64,000 bases of DNA, taken from Dehalococcoidia bacterium (GTDB taxonomy: Bacteria > Chloroflexota > Dehalococcoidia > Plut-88900). A model generated the notes under the pieces. That model saw nothing but the letters and a program-made list of their open reading frames with translations, searched no databases and was not told where the DNA came from. Positions within the stretch are counted from its first letter, which is position 1. Each line of letters begins with the position of its first letter. The stretch lies in NCBI GenBank assembly GCA_965207225.1, contig CBDBLV010000004.1, positions 64,001-128,000 of the forward strand, written 5' to 3'. The position numbers were made by a program, and so were the translations under genes. Positions 28,918-37,231 of this stretch are shown here, piece after piece.

Positions 28918-29062
28918 GGAACCCTCACCCCCTTGGTCCCCCTCTCCCCCTCGAGGGACTCGGGGCAGGCTCTTAGGGCCTTTAAGGGAGAGGGAGAGAA
29001 AAGAACAGAGGCAGAGGTTGGCGCTTCAGCGCCAACCTCTGCCTCTAGTTCAATACTGGGGA
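28918..29062 (+). repeat. Composite two-hairpin repeat element, copy 2 (family C-like unit inserted in the first loop)
   Basis: Same scaffold as 2338-2460, with extra CTCGAGGGACTCGGGGCAGGC at ~28950-28970. Confidence 0.85.
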
Positions 29063-29112
29063 AGAGGGTGAGAGGTGTTAGACTAGATGTAAGACTAATC
29101 TTCGATTTGGCG

Positions 29113-30756
29113 GTGACCGATTTGACTTTCAGCCCGCTTCGACGCTTCCAAAAAACGACAAAGTTCCTGGTGGTTTCGGCGATTTCCTTAATCTGCCTGG
29201 CTGTATTGCTGGTTGGGTGCGGGGGAGGGGACGAAGCGGAACCGACCGCGGTGGAGGAGCTTACACCGGTGTCGGTATCCAGCCCTGAATCGACCGAGCC
29301 GACAGCAACATCGGCAATTTCGACGCCAGCACCCTCGGTGGATGAACCCGAACCGGCAGCAGAAACTGAGGGTGAAGGGGACAGCAAGGTCGAGCTGCTG
29401 TACAGGATTACCAGGAACAGGGTTGGAGAGCCGGGCAACGCGGAGGCAGTAGCGGCCATCCGGGAGATTGGGGACTCGGGGGACCCAGCTTTTGTGGTCG
29501 GGTTGAGCGACATTATCCAAGTGCCTTTGACGAGGGATGAGCTGCTATTCAATGCCGAGCAGGTGATCCCGACCATGCAGATGCTATCGGGACAGGAGAT
29601 TGCGTACGATGGAAAGTCCTGGGTCGAGTGGGTGGCGCAGCAGCCCGATTTGAGGCTGCCGGAGGGCTATTTCGGGTGGAAGGTTGACCTGCTGAGCCAA
29701 ATCGACTCCAGATTCAGGAACTACTTCACCATCGACGGAAGCGAAGGGCTGATGGACCCGGCAGACATAGACCTGGACCTGAGATTCATGGTGTGGGGCG
29801 GGGTGTTCCAGGATGACGGATCGGCGAGGTCGATACCATCACTGGTCAATCCGGCTATGGTGTCGGCGGAGGAGGCGGTGTACCTGAGGGACGACGACAG
29901 GGTGTTCGGAGTGTCGATAAACGGAGACTCGCGGGCGTATCCGTTGAGGATCATGAACTGGCACGAGATGGCAAACGACGTGGTCGGGGGTGTGCCGGTG
30001 GCGCTGGCGTACTGCACGCTTTGCGGGTCGGGGATCCTGTACGAGACGCAGGTGGAAGACGAGACGTACGTGTTTCGGAGCTCGGGGCTGCTGTATTTCA
30101 GCAACAAGCTGATGTACGACCTGACGACCGGCGGACTCTGGAACCAGTTCACGGGGATTCCCGTGACGGGATCGCTTGCGGGGTCGGGGGTGGAGTTGAA
30201 CGTGCGACCCGTGACCCTTACGACGTGGGGAGACTGGCTGGCATCGCACCCCGACACGCTGGCCATGGACGTAGACACGGGATTTCCTCGCAACTATTCA
30301 TCTGAAGGGGTGCCGGGTGCGGCGTACGTGGACTATTTCAGCAGCCCTGATCTCTGGTTCCCGGTGAACGTGTACGACGAGCGGCTGCAGGTGAAGGACG
30401 TGGTGTACGGGGTTGAGATCGGAGGGGAGGCAAAGGCGTATCCAGTGGACGTTGTCGGGGAAGAGGTCCTGGTCAACGATGAGGTCGGGGGGACGAACAT
30501 CGTTCTGCTGGGCAATCCAGGAACCAAGGCGGTGGAGGTGTTCGAGCGTGGAGATGTGGAGTTCGTGGGGCTCGTGACGGAGAACGGTATGACAACTCTT
30601 ACCGACGCGGATGGGATTGAGTGGCGGGTTACGGATTCACAGCTGGAGTCGGGGGACGGGAACATGACGCTGGCGAGGGTAGGGGGAAGGACGAGCTTCT
30701 GGTTCGGGTGGCGGGCGTTCTTCCCTGAGACGGAGTTGTACGGGGGTGGGGGGTAG
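29113..30756 (+). CDS. DUF3179 domain-containing lipoprotein
   Basis: Lipobox LLVGC, Pro/Thr/Glu linker, RAYPLRIMNWHEMAND, YCTLCGSG, SGLLY.SN.LMYD, FWFGW.AFFPET. Start moved past the repeat to GTG 29113. Confidence 0.85.
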   Translation: MTDLTFSPLRRFQKTTKFLVVSAISLICLAVLLVGCGGGDEAEPTAVEELTPVSVSSPESTEPTATSAISTPAPSVDEPEPAAETEGEGDSKVELLYRITRNRVGEPGNAEAVAAIREIGDSGDPAFVVGLSDIIQVPLTRDELLFNAEQVIPTMQMLSGQEIAYDGKSWVEWVAQQPDLRLPEGYFGWKVDLLSQIDSRFRNYFTIDGSEGLMDPADIDLDLRFMVWGGVFQDDGSARSIPSLVNPAMVSAEEAVYLRDDDRVFGVSINGDSRAYPLRIMNWHEMANDVVGGVPVALAYCTLCGSGILYETQVEDETYVFRSSGLLYFSNKLMYDLTTGGLWNQFTGIPVTGSLAGSGVELNVRPVTLTTWGDWLASHPDTLAMDVDTGFPRNYSSEGVPGAAYVDYFSSPDLWFPVNVYDERLQVKDVVYGVEIGGEAKAYPVDVVGEEVLVNDEVGGTNIVLLGNPGTKAVEVFERGDVEFVGLVTENGMTTLTDADGIEWRVTDSQLESGDGNMTLARVGGRTSFWFGWRAFFPETELYGGGG

Positions 30757-30770
30757 GCGCCACGCCCGGG

Positions 30771-30987
30771 GATCACCCTCACCCCAGCCCTCTCCCGTCG
30801 AGAGGGCTTTGCGTAACTTGCTGTTGGGGGAATCCCCCCCAGAATCCGCTCGACCCTTCGAGTGGCCTCAGGATGAGCGGATTCTGCCCCGCCCGTGGAG
30901 CTCGGGCATGCAACTGACTTGTGTTGCTGTCAGTATCTTGTAGGACCGACCAGCGCTTGAGATTCCTCGCGGGGCCTCGGAATGACA
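30771..30987 (+). repeat. Cluster of REP-like families A, C and B between convergent genes
   Basis: A at 30771-30806, C at 30846-30880, B at 30960-30987. Confidence 0.8.
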
Positions 30988-31005
30988 GGCGAGTACGGAG
31001 TAGTG

Positions 31006-31947
31006 TTAGCGGTAGTGGACCTGGGCGTTGATGCGTGTCTCTAAGGTGTCAGCGATTTCTTCTGCGAAGGAGGAGCCGACGCGGGAGAAGAGCCTCTGGA
31101 AGAGGGGGCGGCGGGGTCGGGCGTAGGAGATCTTGGGAGGGACATGGCCCAGTTCCGAGGCGAGGGCGATGGCCCTATCCATGTCGCCGACCTCGTCGAT
31201 GAGGCCGTACTCGACGGCTTTCTTGCCGGTGAAGATCTCGCCGGTGGCGTATTCCTTGACCTTGTCGGGGGTCATGCGGCGGGAGGCGGCGACGATGTCG
31301 ACGAATATGTCGAAAAACTGGGTGATGAGCTCGTCGCGCTTTTGCATTTCTTCTTTGGTCGGGTCACGGTAGAAGGCGCCCATATCCTTGTATTCGCCGC
31401 TCTTGGAGACGGTGACGTCTATGCCGATGCGCTTGAGAAGGTCCTTGGCCACGGGGCCGATGGAGATGACTCCGATGGAGCCGATGATGGAGCTGGGAAG
31501 GGCGACTATCTTCGTTGCGCCACAGGCGGCCATGTAGGCGCCGGAAGCGCCTATGCCCCTGACAAAGGCGATGACGGGCTTCCGGGCTGCGAGCCGGGTG
31601 ATGGCGCCGTAGAGGTACTCGGAGGCGGGGGCGGAGCCTCCGGGGGAGTCGATTTCAAGGATTACGGCCCGGACGCGCTTGTCTTCCTTGAGTCCATCGA
31701 TGAGATGGACGTACTCGCCGACCTTGGCACCGCCCTGAATGGCCCCGAAAAGCTCCACGATGGCGATACGGGGCTGAATGGGAAGGGCGAGGCCCCAGAA
31801 TGTGGGGCGGGAGTCGACAGCGGCGGCGGTTGCGGCGCTGGCAAGGTAGTGGCCGGTGACGCTGGTAAAGCGTCGGGCGGCTTCGTAGCCGATTCCTGCG
31901 CCTATGAGGCTAATGGGGAGAAGGTAGGCGTCTCTGGGGAGTTTCAT
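31006..31947 (-). CDS. sppA: Signal peptide peptidase SppA (S49, short form)
   Basis: IDSPGGS, GASGAY, IGSIGV, KSGEYKD, TGEIFTG..A...GLID. Confidence 0.92.
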   Translation of the reverse strand: MKLPRDAYLLPISLIGAGIGYEAARRFTSVTGHYLASAATAAAVDSRPTFWGLALPIQPRIAIVELFGAIQGGAKVGEYVHLIDGLKEDKRVRAVILEIDSPGGSAPASEYLYGAITRLAARKPVIAFVRGIGASGAYMAACGATKIVALPSSIIGSIGVISIGPVAKDLLKRIGIDVTVSKSGEYKDMGAFYRDPTKEEMQKRDELITQFFDIFVDIVAASRRMTPDKVKEYATGEIFTGKKAVEYGLIDEVGDMDRAIALASELGHVPPKISYARPRRPLFQRLFSRVGSSFAEEIADTLETRINAQVHYR

Positions 31948-31961
31948 TGGTCCTCCGGGGG

Positions 31962-32399
31962 CTATTCCACAGGGTTGTTCGATTTAACGGTGGGATCGGG
32001 TTTCGGGGAGGGGCGGCGGTCGAAGGCCCGGACGGCGAGAAGAGAGAAGGCAAAGCCCAACAAGCCGCCTCCTGCGCCAAAGCCGATGGTCTCCCACATA
32101 CACCCCTGCCAGAACCTTGCGGCGGTGCCCTCGGGGCAGAAGAAGGCATCGGCCACGGCGACCCCGATCAGTCCGAAGGCGAACACGCAAAAGAGTCCAA
32201 CCACGAATCGGCCAATTGACCATTGGCGAGTAAACCAGACACCGCGTGCATAGAGGCCCCTTATCCACCGGTGACGGTACACGGGCCGGGGCACGACCGC
32301 ACGTTGAGGCGGCGCGAAGAGGACCTCGTCCGGATAAGGAAGGACTTCTTGGGAACTGCTGGCGGCAGGATTGGGACCGCCAAGGCTTTCGTCGGGCAA
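31962..32399 (-). CDS. Hypothetical 2-TM membrane protein
   Basis: Two hydrophobic helices flanking a Cys-x11-Cys loop; fits tightly between the MFS gene and sppA. Confidence 0.6.
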   Translation of the reverse strand: MPDESLGGPNPAASSSQEVLPYPDEVLFAPPQRAVVPRPVYRHRWIRGLYARGVWFTRQWSIGRFVVGLFCVFAFGLIGVAVADAFFCPEGTAARFWQGCMWETIGFGAGGGLLGFAFSLLAVRAFDRRPSPKPDPTVKSNNPVE

Positions 32400-32411
32400 T
32401 TCGCAGACCTC

Positions 32412-33881
32412 TCAGGGGTTCGGGAGGGGCGGGGCGGTTTCGCCGGGCCCGCTACCTTTTAATTTTACATCACCGCCGGGGCGTTTCATAAGGAAGGTCG
32501 GGAGGAGGGCGGCGAGGGAGACTATGAGGGCGACGATGAAGAAACCGCGGAAGACGGTGAGGCCAGCCTGAGAGACCTGGGAGACGTAGTCGGGGTCTGT
32601 GAAGGAAAGGTCGATGCCACGGACGAGGAAATCGAAGCGGTCGGTGCCCCAGGCGGCGATGGCGGCAAGGCCCACGGTCATACCCATCAACCGCATTACG
32701 GTGAGAAGACCCGAGGCCGATCCCCGGTGCTCGGTGGGGGCGGAGTCGACGGCGGCGGCGGCGATGGGGGCGATGACGAGGCCGAACCCGAAGCCGCCGA
32801 TGACGAGGTGGATAGTGAGGTCGGGGTCGGCGAGGGTGGTGTCCCAGCCCTGCATGAGGAAGAAAGAGACGGCAGCGAAGATGAGGCCGAGGGCGGTCGG
32901 GAGCCGGTAGCCGAGTCGGGACACGGCCAGCCCTCCAAGGATTCCGCCGACGGGCACGGCTGCAGTGAAGCGGACCAGCCTGAGACCACCTTCGAGGGAG
33001 TCTTCGCCCATGACGGTGTTGGTTATTAGGGGCACGTTGACCATGGCGATGATTAGGCCGACTCCGATAAGGAAATGGGTGAGATTTGCGCCGGAGAAGG
33101 TGGCGCGCTGGAAGAGCCGGGGGTCGATGAGGGGATAGGGGATGCGCTTTTCCCTGATGATGAATCCGGCGGCGAGGGCCAGGGAGAGGACTATACCGAC
33201 GGCGGCGAGGGGTGGGGAGTCGGACCAGCGGGAAATGGACAGGGTGAGGATGACGAGGGCGAGCATGAGCCAGAAGCCGCCCAGGTAGTCGACGGGGGTC
33301 TTGCGGCCGGTGCCACCGGGGACAAGGAGCAGGAGGAGCAGGATGGAGAGAGCTACGAGGGGCACGTTGATCCAGAAGACCCATCGCCAGTCCAGGAAAC
33401 GGTCGATGAGGGCGCCCCACATGGGGCCTATGACGCCTCCGAACTCGGCGGAGGCACCGAGAAGGCCGAGGGCGGGGGCCCGGCGGCCGGGGGGGAAAAG
33501 GTGGCCGATCATGGCGATAGTGACCGGGATGACAGCTCCTCCCCCAACGGCCTGGAGGATTCGGTAGCCGACCAGGGGCCAGAGGTCGTTGGCTATGGCG
33601 CAGAGGACGGAACCGCCGGCAAACAGGAGCATGGCAGAAACGTAGACCTGCCGGTGGCCGTAGACGTCGGATAGCTTACCGATAAGGGGCATACCGCAGG
33701 TGTAGCCGAGGAGGTAGCCAGTGATGATCCAGGAGACCTGGCTCAGATCGTCGACGCCGAGGCGGAAGTCGCCCATGATGCTGGGGAGGATGGTGACGAC
33801 GACGACCTGGTCGTCGGCGGCGATGAAGACGCCGAAGCAGGCGGCGAGGATGGGGACGTAGGGGCTTCGGGGGCGAATCAT
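32412..33881 (-). CDS. 14-TM MFS transporter, DHA2 family, P55/Rv1410c-like
   Basis: FIAADDQVVVVTILP.IM, WIITGYLLGY..GMPLIGKLSDVYGHR, ALGLLGASAEFGGVIGP, WRWVFWINVP. Confidence 0.88.
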   Translation of the reverse strand: MIRPRSPYVPILAACFGVFIAADDQVVVVTILPSIMGDFRLGVDDLSQVSWIITGYLLGYTCGMPLIGKLSDVYGHRQVYVSAMLLFAGGSVLCAIANDLWPLVGYRILQAVGGGAVIPVTIAMIGHLFPPGRRAPALGLLGASAEFGGVIGPMWGALIDRFLDWRWVFWINVPLVALSILLLLLLVPGGTGRKTPVDYLGGFWLMLALVILTLSISRWSDSPPLAAVGIVLSLALAAGFIIREKRIPYPLIDPRLFQRATFSGANLTHFLIGVGLIIAMVNVPLITNTVMGEDSLEGGLRLVRFTAAVPVGGILGGLAVSRLGYRLPTALGLIFAAVSFFLMQGWDTTLADPDLTIHLVIGGFGFGLVIAPIAAAAVDSAPTEHRGSASGLLTVMRLMGMTVGLAAIAAWGTDRFDFLVRGIDLSFTDPDYVSQVSQAGLTVFRGFFIVALIVSLAALLPTFLMKRPGGDVKLKGSGPGETAPPLPNP

Positions 33882-33891
33882 TGCCTTTGGG

Positions 33892-34635
33892 TCAAGAGTC
33901 AGCCCCGAGGTCGGGCATGGCGATTTCGACGGGGATATCGAAGTCGGAGGGAAGGATGGTGCGGGTGATGTCGGGGGCCTCGTCGGAGGACATGGGGCCG
34001 ACCATGTGGATCCTGTAGACGAGGGAGCCGTCCTTGCCAATCCAGATGCCGACATCGATGGGGAGGCCGGGCTCGGCGGAGGGGGCGATGGAAGTTAGCT
34101 GGGCGGAATCGATGACCGAGGTGATGTGGTAGGTTGCCACGCCGTCAACCTCGGCTTCGCCTTCCAGGACGGGGTCTACAGCGTCGCGGATGATGCCGCT
34201 GATGCCGGTTGTGGGGTCAAGCAAGGCAGAGCTAATGACTCCACCTTCGATCTCCTCGAATTCCTTGGTGAAGGGGTTGGTGAGGAAAGTACGGTCGCCT
34301 ATAGCGACGAGGGTGACGTCGAAGAAGAGGTTTCCGGCAAAGGCCCCTATTTCTGCCTGGAGACGGTCTGGGGCGGCTACGTCACCGGTGACATCCTCCA
34401 TTACAAGGCCGAAGGCGATGGGGGTGCCGCCGTTTTCGTGGGTCATGGTGAACTTGAAGAAATCCAGGGCTTCGAAGCGGTCGGCAGCATCAGCAAGGAT
34501 AACGACCGGGTCGGGGGCGGGGGGCGGGGTGGTTGTCGGGGCTTCGGGTTCCGCCGTCCCACACGACACGAAGAGGGAGAAGCCGATAATGGCCAGGATG
34601 CCGATGAAGAGCGTTGTCCGGCGCTTGTAGGGCAT
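33892..34635 (-). CDS. LppX/LprAFG (LprG-like) lipoprotein
   Basis: Lipobox FVSC, Pro-rich linker, GDVAAPD, LLDPTTGIS, GEAEVDGVATYHI, VGIWIG, DFDIPVEI. Confidence 0.78.
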   Translation of the reverse strand: MPYKRRTTLFIGILAIIGFSLFVSCGTAEPEAPTTTPPPAPDPVVILADAADRFEALDFFKFTMTHENGGTPIAFGLVMEDVTGDVAAPDRLQAEIGAFAGNLFFDVTLVAIGDRTFLTNPFTKEFEEIEGGVISSALLDPTTGISGIIRDAVDPVLEGEAEVDGVATYHITSVIDSAQLTSIAPSAEPGLPIDVGIWIGKDGSLVYRIHMVGPMSSDEAPDITRTILPSDFDIPVEIAMPDLGADS

Positions 34636-34791
34636 GTCTTTAGGTGGAGGGTCTCGGGGGCCTGGGTTGGGGGCATGTTATAGCAACGGACAGGGGCGCG
34701 CCACAATATGCAGGGGCCGAGCCCCTTCCCCCGTGATAGAATGCCGCGCGAGCCCTTCTGCCGGTCCGTACTGCACCAAGGGGAGCTTTCT

Positions 34792-35436
34792 ATGGAAGAC
34801 GCACCAATCCTGGCATTGATACTTGTTGCGCTCGGCGGGTTTGTAATCGGGTCGGTCCCGACGGCTGTCCTCGTTGTCAAACGATTTACAGGGAAGGACG
34901 TGATGACGCTGGGCACGGGGAATGTCGGGACGATGAATACGCTGCGAGCGACGAACTCGAAGAAGTTGACTCTCCTGGTGCTCTTTGGGGACATGAGCAA
35001 GGGAGCGCTGGCGTTATTGTTGGGATGGGGAGTGGCGACGGGATTCGGGTACGTGCCGAATCTGGTGATGACGGTGGGAGGAATAGCGTCGATTGTCGGG
35101 CACAACTACTCGGTCTTTCTGAAGCTCAAGGGCGGAAAAGGGCTGGCGACGGGGGTCCCGGTGCTGCTGCACATAGAGCCGGCGCTAGTGGGTGTCTGGA
35201 TAGCGGTGTTCCTGATCACGGTGGCGCTGACCAGGCTGATGGTCGGGGGGCAGATAATGGGGACGGCCGCTGCAGCGCTGGTAGGGTTGTTTGTCTATCC
35301 ACAGACGGCGATTCCGGCGGGAATCCTGGCGGCGATTATCTTTGTGAAGCACGCCCCGCGGATCAAGAACATCATCGAGGGGACCGAGCCGAAGATGTAC
35401 TACAAAATCCGGAAATCGGGAGGGGAAGGGGGCTGA
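34792..35436 (+). CDS. plsY: Glycerol-3-phosphate acyltransferase PlsY
   Basis: IGSVP, GTGNVGTMN..R, DMSKG, GHNYSVFL.LKGGKGLAT, KH..RI..II.GTE. Confidence 0.92.
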   Translation: MEDAPILALILVALGGFVIGSVPTAVLVVKRFTGKDVMTLGTGNVGTMNTLRATNSKKLTLLVLFGDMSKGALALLLGWGVATGFGYVPNLVMTVGGIASIVGHNYSVFLKLKGGKGLATGVPVLLHIEPALVGVWIAVFLITVALTRLMVGGQIMGTAAAALVGLFVYPQTAIPAGILAAIIFVKHAPRIKNIIEGTEPKMYYKIRKSGGEGG

Positions 35437-35714
35437 GGTTTGAGTGGGGGATTGCAGTCGGAATGGACATAAGGCCTTTGGCTGGACATAAGGATGGCGG
35501 ATTTCAGGGTTGAGGGACATAAGACGGGGGGCCGGGGTCGGGTTGTTGGGGTGGTGAAACGTTTGGTGGTCAGCGCGATTTCATAGCTGGATTAAGGGAA
35601 TTTGGAGGCCGCCAGGATACTTGCGAAACGACAGAACTTCATGCTGATCAAGGTGTTACTTTACCAAGGTTATATGAATTATTATGTCTAGTATCTATGC
35701 CTTCTTTGGTATGT

Positions 35715-35742
35715 AGCTGACATAACAGATATAGTGCGAAGT
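35715..35742 (-). other. dif-like Xer recombination site
   Basis: Minus strand reads ACTTCGCACTA-TATCTG-TTATGTCAGCT (11-6-11), in an AT-rich intergenic patch. Confidence 0.55.
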
Positions 35743-35840
35743 GTTGTTGATGGGTGTTTGGGGGTGGGGGAAGTCGGATTTTGATGAGGTGCATGGAGTG
35801 GGGTTGTGGGTGACGATGGTGAGTGGTGGGCCAGCGCCTT

Positions 35841-36032
35841 AGATCCCTCGCGGGGCATCGGGATGGGAGGGGGGAGGGAACGCCTCCTGACCCCACGGGG
35901 AACCCTCTCCCCCTTGATCCCCCTCTCCCTTAGGGCCTTTGAGGAAGAGGGGGAGAGAAGAACAAAGGCAGACGCACTGTGCTTCAGCACTGGGAAGGCG
36001 AGGGATGGATTCCGGCTCCGGGGCTGGAGTGA
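35841..36032 (+). repeat. Family B copies flanking composite element copy 3 (35899-35996, second hairpin truncated)
   Basis: AGATCCCTCGCGGGGCATCGGGATG; GGAACCCTCTCCCCCTTGATCCCCCTCTCCCTTAGGGCCTTTGAGGAAGAGGGGG..AAGAACAAAGGC..TTCAGCACTGGG; GGATTCCGGCTCCGGGGCTGGAGTGA. Confidence 0.8.
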
Positions 36033-36049
36033 GGGATTAGAGGCGATTA

Positions 36050-37033
36050 TCAGAAGGTTTCGGGGTGGAGGAGGGTCTGGAGGAGTTGCTGGGCGGCGGT
36101 GTGGGGGTCCAGGGCGCCGGATGCGACCTCGTCGACGAGGTTGGAGAGGGTTGGGTCGGAGGAAAGGAGGTGTTGGGCTTCCCGGTCGACGTGGTTGCGG
36201 ATGGCTTCGAAGAGTTCACGCTTGCGTCGTTCGCTGCGGCGTCGGGCCAGGAGTCCCGATTGCTCTGATACACCTCTGTGCTCGACTATAGCGTCGACCA
36301 GGGCGTCGATGCCGACACCTTCCACGGCCTTTGTAGACAGGACCCTGGGGACCCATTCCCTGGGCCTGGTATCCCAGCTGATGGCGGCGGTGATATCGCG
36401 AACGACGGCATCGGCGCCCGGGCGGTCGGCCTTGTTGACGACGAAGAGGTCGGCGATCTCCATGAGGCCGGCTTTCATGGCCTGCATGGCATCACCACCT
36501 TCGGGGACAACGGCGACGATCACGGTGTCGGCGAGGCCCATGATGTCTAGCTCGGCCTGACCTACGCCCACGGTCTCTACTATGGTTACATCGGTGCCGA
36601 AGACGTCGAGGAGCTTCACGGCGTCACGGGTACACCTGGGGAGGCCGCCCTGACTGCCCCTGGTGGCCATGCTTCGGATGTAGACGCCCGGGTCCTTGTA
36701 GTGTCTCTGCATGCGGACGCGGTCGGCGAGGATAGCGCCTCCGGTGAAGGGGCTGGTGGGGTCGGCGGCGAGAATGCCAACCTTTGGAGCAACGGATGAG
36801 CCGTTCCAGCCCTCTTGCGACCTCAGGTGGGAGGCGATCCTATCTACCAGCGTGCTCTTGCCTGCACCGGGTGGCCCCGTGATGCCTACGGTGTAGGAGC
36901 GGCCGACGTGGGGGCTGATGTGCCGGAGGAGGGTTTGGGAGTCGGGGCCTGATCTTTCGACGAGGGTGATGGAGCGGGCCAGGGCACGCTTGTCTCCGGC
37001 GAGGAGGTTATCTATGAGGTTGGGTTCGAGCAC
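36050..37033 (-). CDS. meaB: Methylmalonyl-CoA mutase-associated GTPase MeaB/ArgK
   Basis: RALARSITLVE, GITGPPGAGKST, DPTSPFTGGAIL.DRVRM, ETVGVGQ, KAGLMEIAD, NKAD. Confidence 0.93.
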   Translation of the reverse strand: MLEPNLIDNLLAGDKRALARSITLVERSGPDSQTLLRHISPHVGRSYTVGITGPPGAGKSTLVDRIASHLRSQEGWNGSSVAPKVGILAADPTSPFTGGAILADRVRMQRHYKDPGVYIRSMATRGSQGGLPRCTRDAVKLLDVFGTDVTIVETVGVGQAELDIMGLADTVIVAVVPEGGDAMQAMKAGLMEIADLFVVNKADRPGADAVVRDITAAISWDTRPREWVPRVLSTKAVEGVGIDALVDAIVEHRGVSEQSGLLARRRSERRKRELFEAIRNHVDREAQHLLSSDPTLSNLVDEVASGALDPHTAAQQLLQTLLHPETF

Positions 37034-37088
37034 TCAGGATGTCTTTTCTAAGGAGGTGATGGGAAATCCGGGTGTGGGGCCCAGTACC

Positions 37089-37116
37089 GGATTCCTAGCG
37101 GAGCATCGGGATGACA
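37089..37116 (+). repeat. REP-like family B copy
   Basis: GGATTCCTAGCGGAGCATCGGGATGACA. Confidence 0.7.
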
Positions 37117-37231
37117 GTTGTTCATCGGGACAGATTATAAGGGTAATGGTGGGGTGTCGGAGTTTGGCACTATTGTAGAATTGGTCATTCCCATAACGCC
37201 CGCCGTGCGCCAGCTTGAGAGGAGAGACGAA

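Noticed and set aside
28891-29112. N-terminal 74 aa of the 621-aa ORF, and other short ORFs containing TLTPLxPLS (2138-2446, 35806-36291)
   Set aside because: These are translations of the composite repeat element, not coding sequence.
30010-30030. Selenocysteine in the DUF3179 CxxC motif
   Set aside because: Both positions are TGC (Cys); there is no in-frame TGA.
35715-35742. Chromosomal replication terminus
   Set aside because: No visible inversion of G-richness or of repeat orientation across the site; kept only as a dif-like site.
35437-36049. tRNA, riboswitch or protein gene in the longest intergenic gap
   Set aside because: No cloverleaf, T-loop or recognisable riboswitch core, and the ORFs here are repeat-derived.
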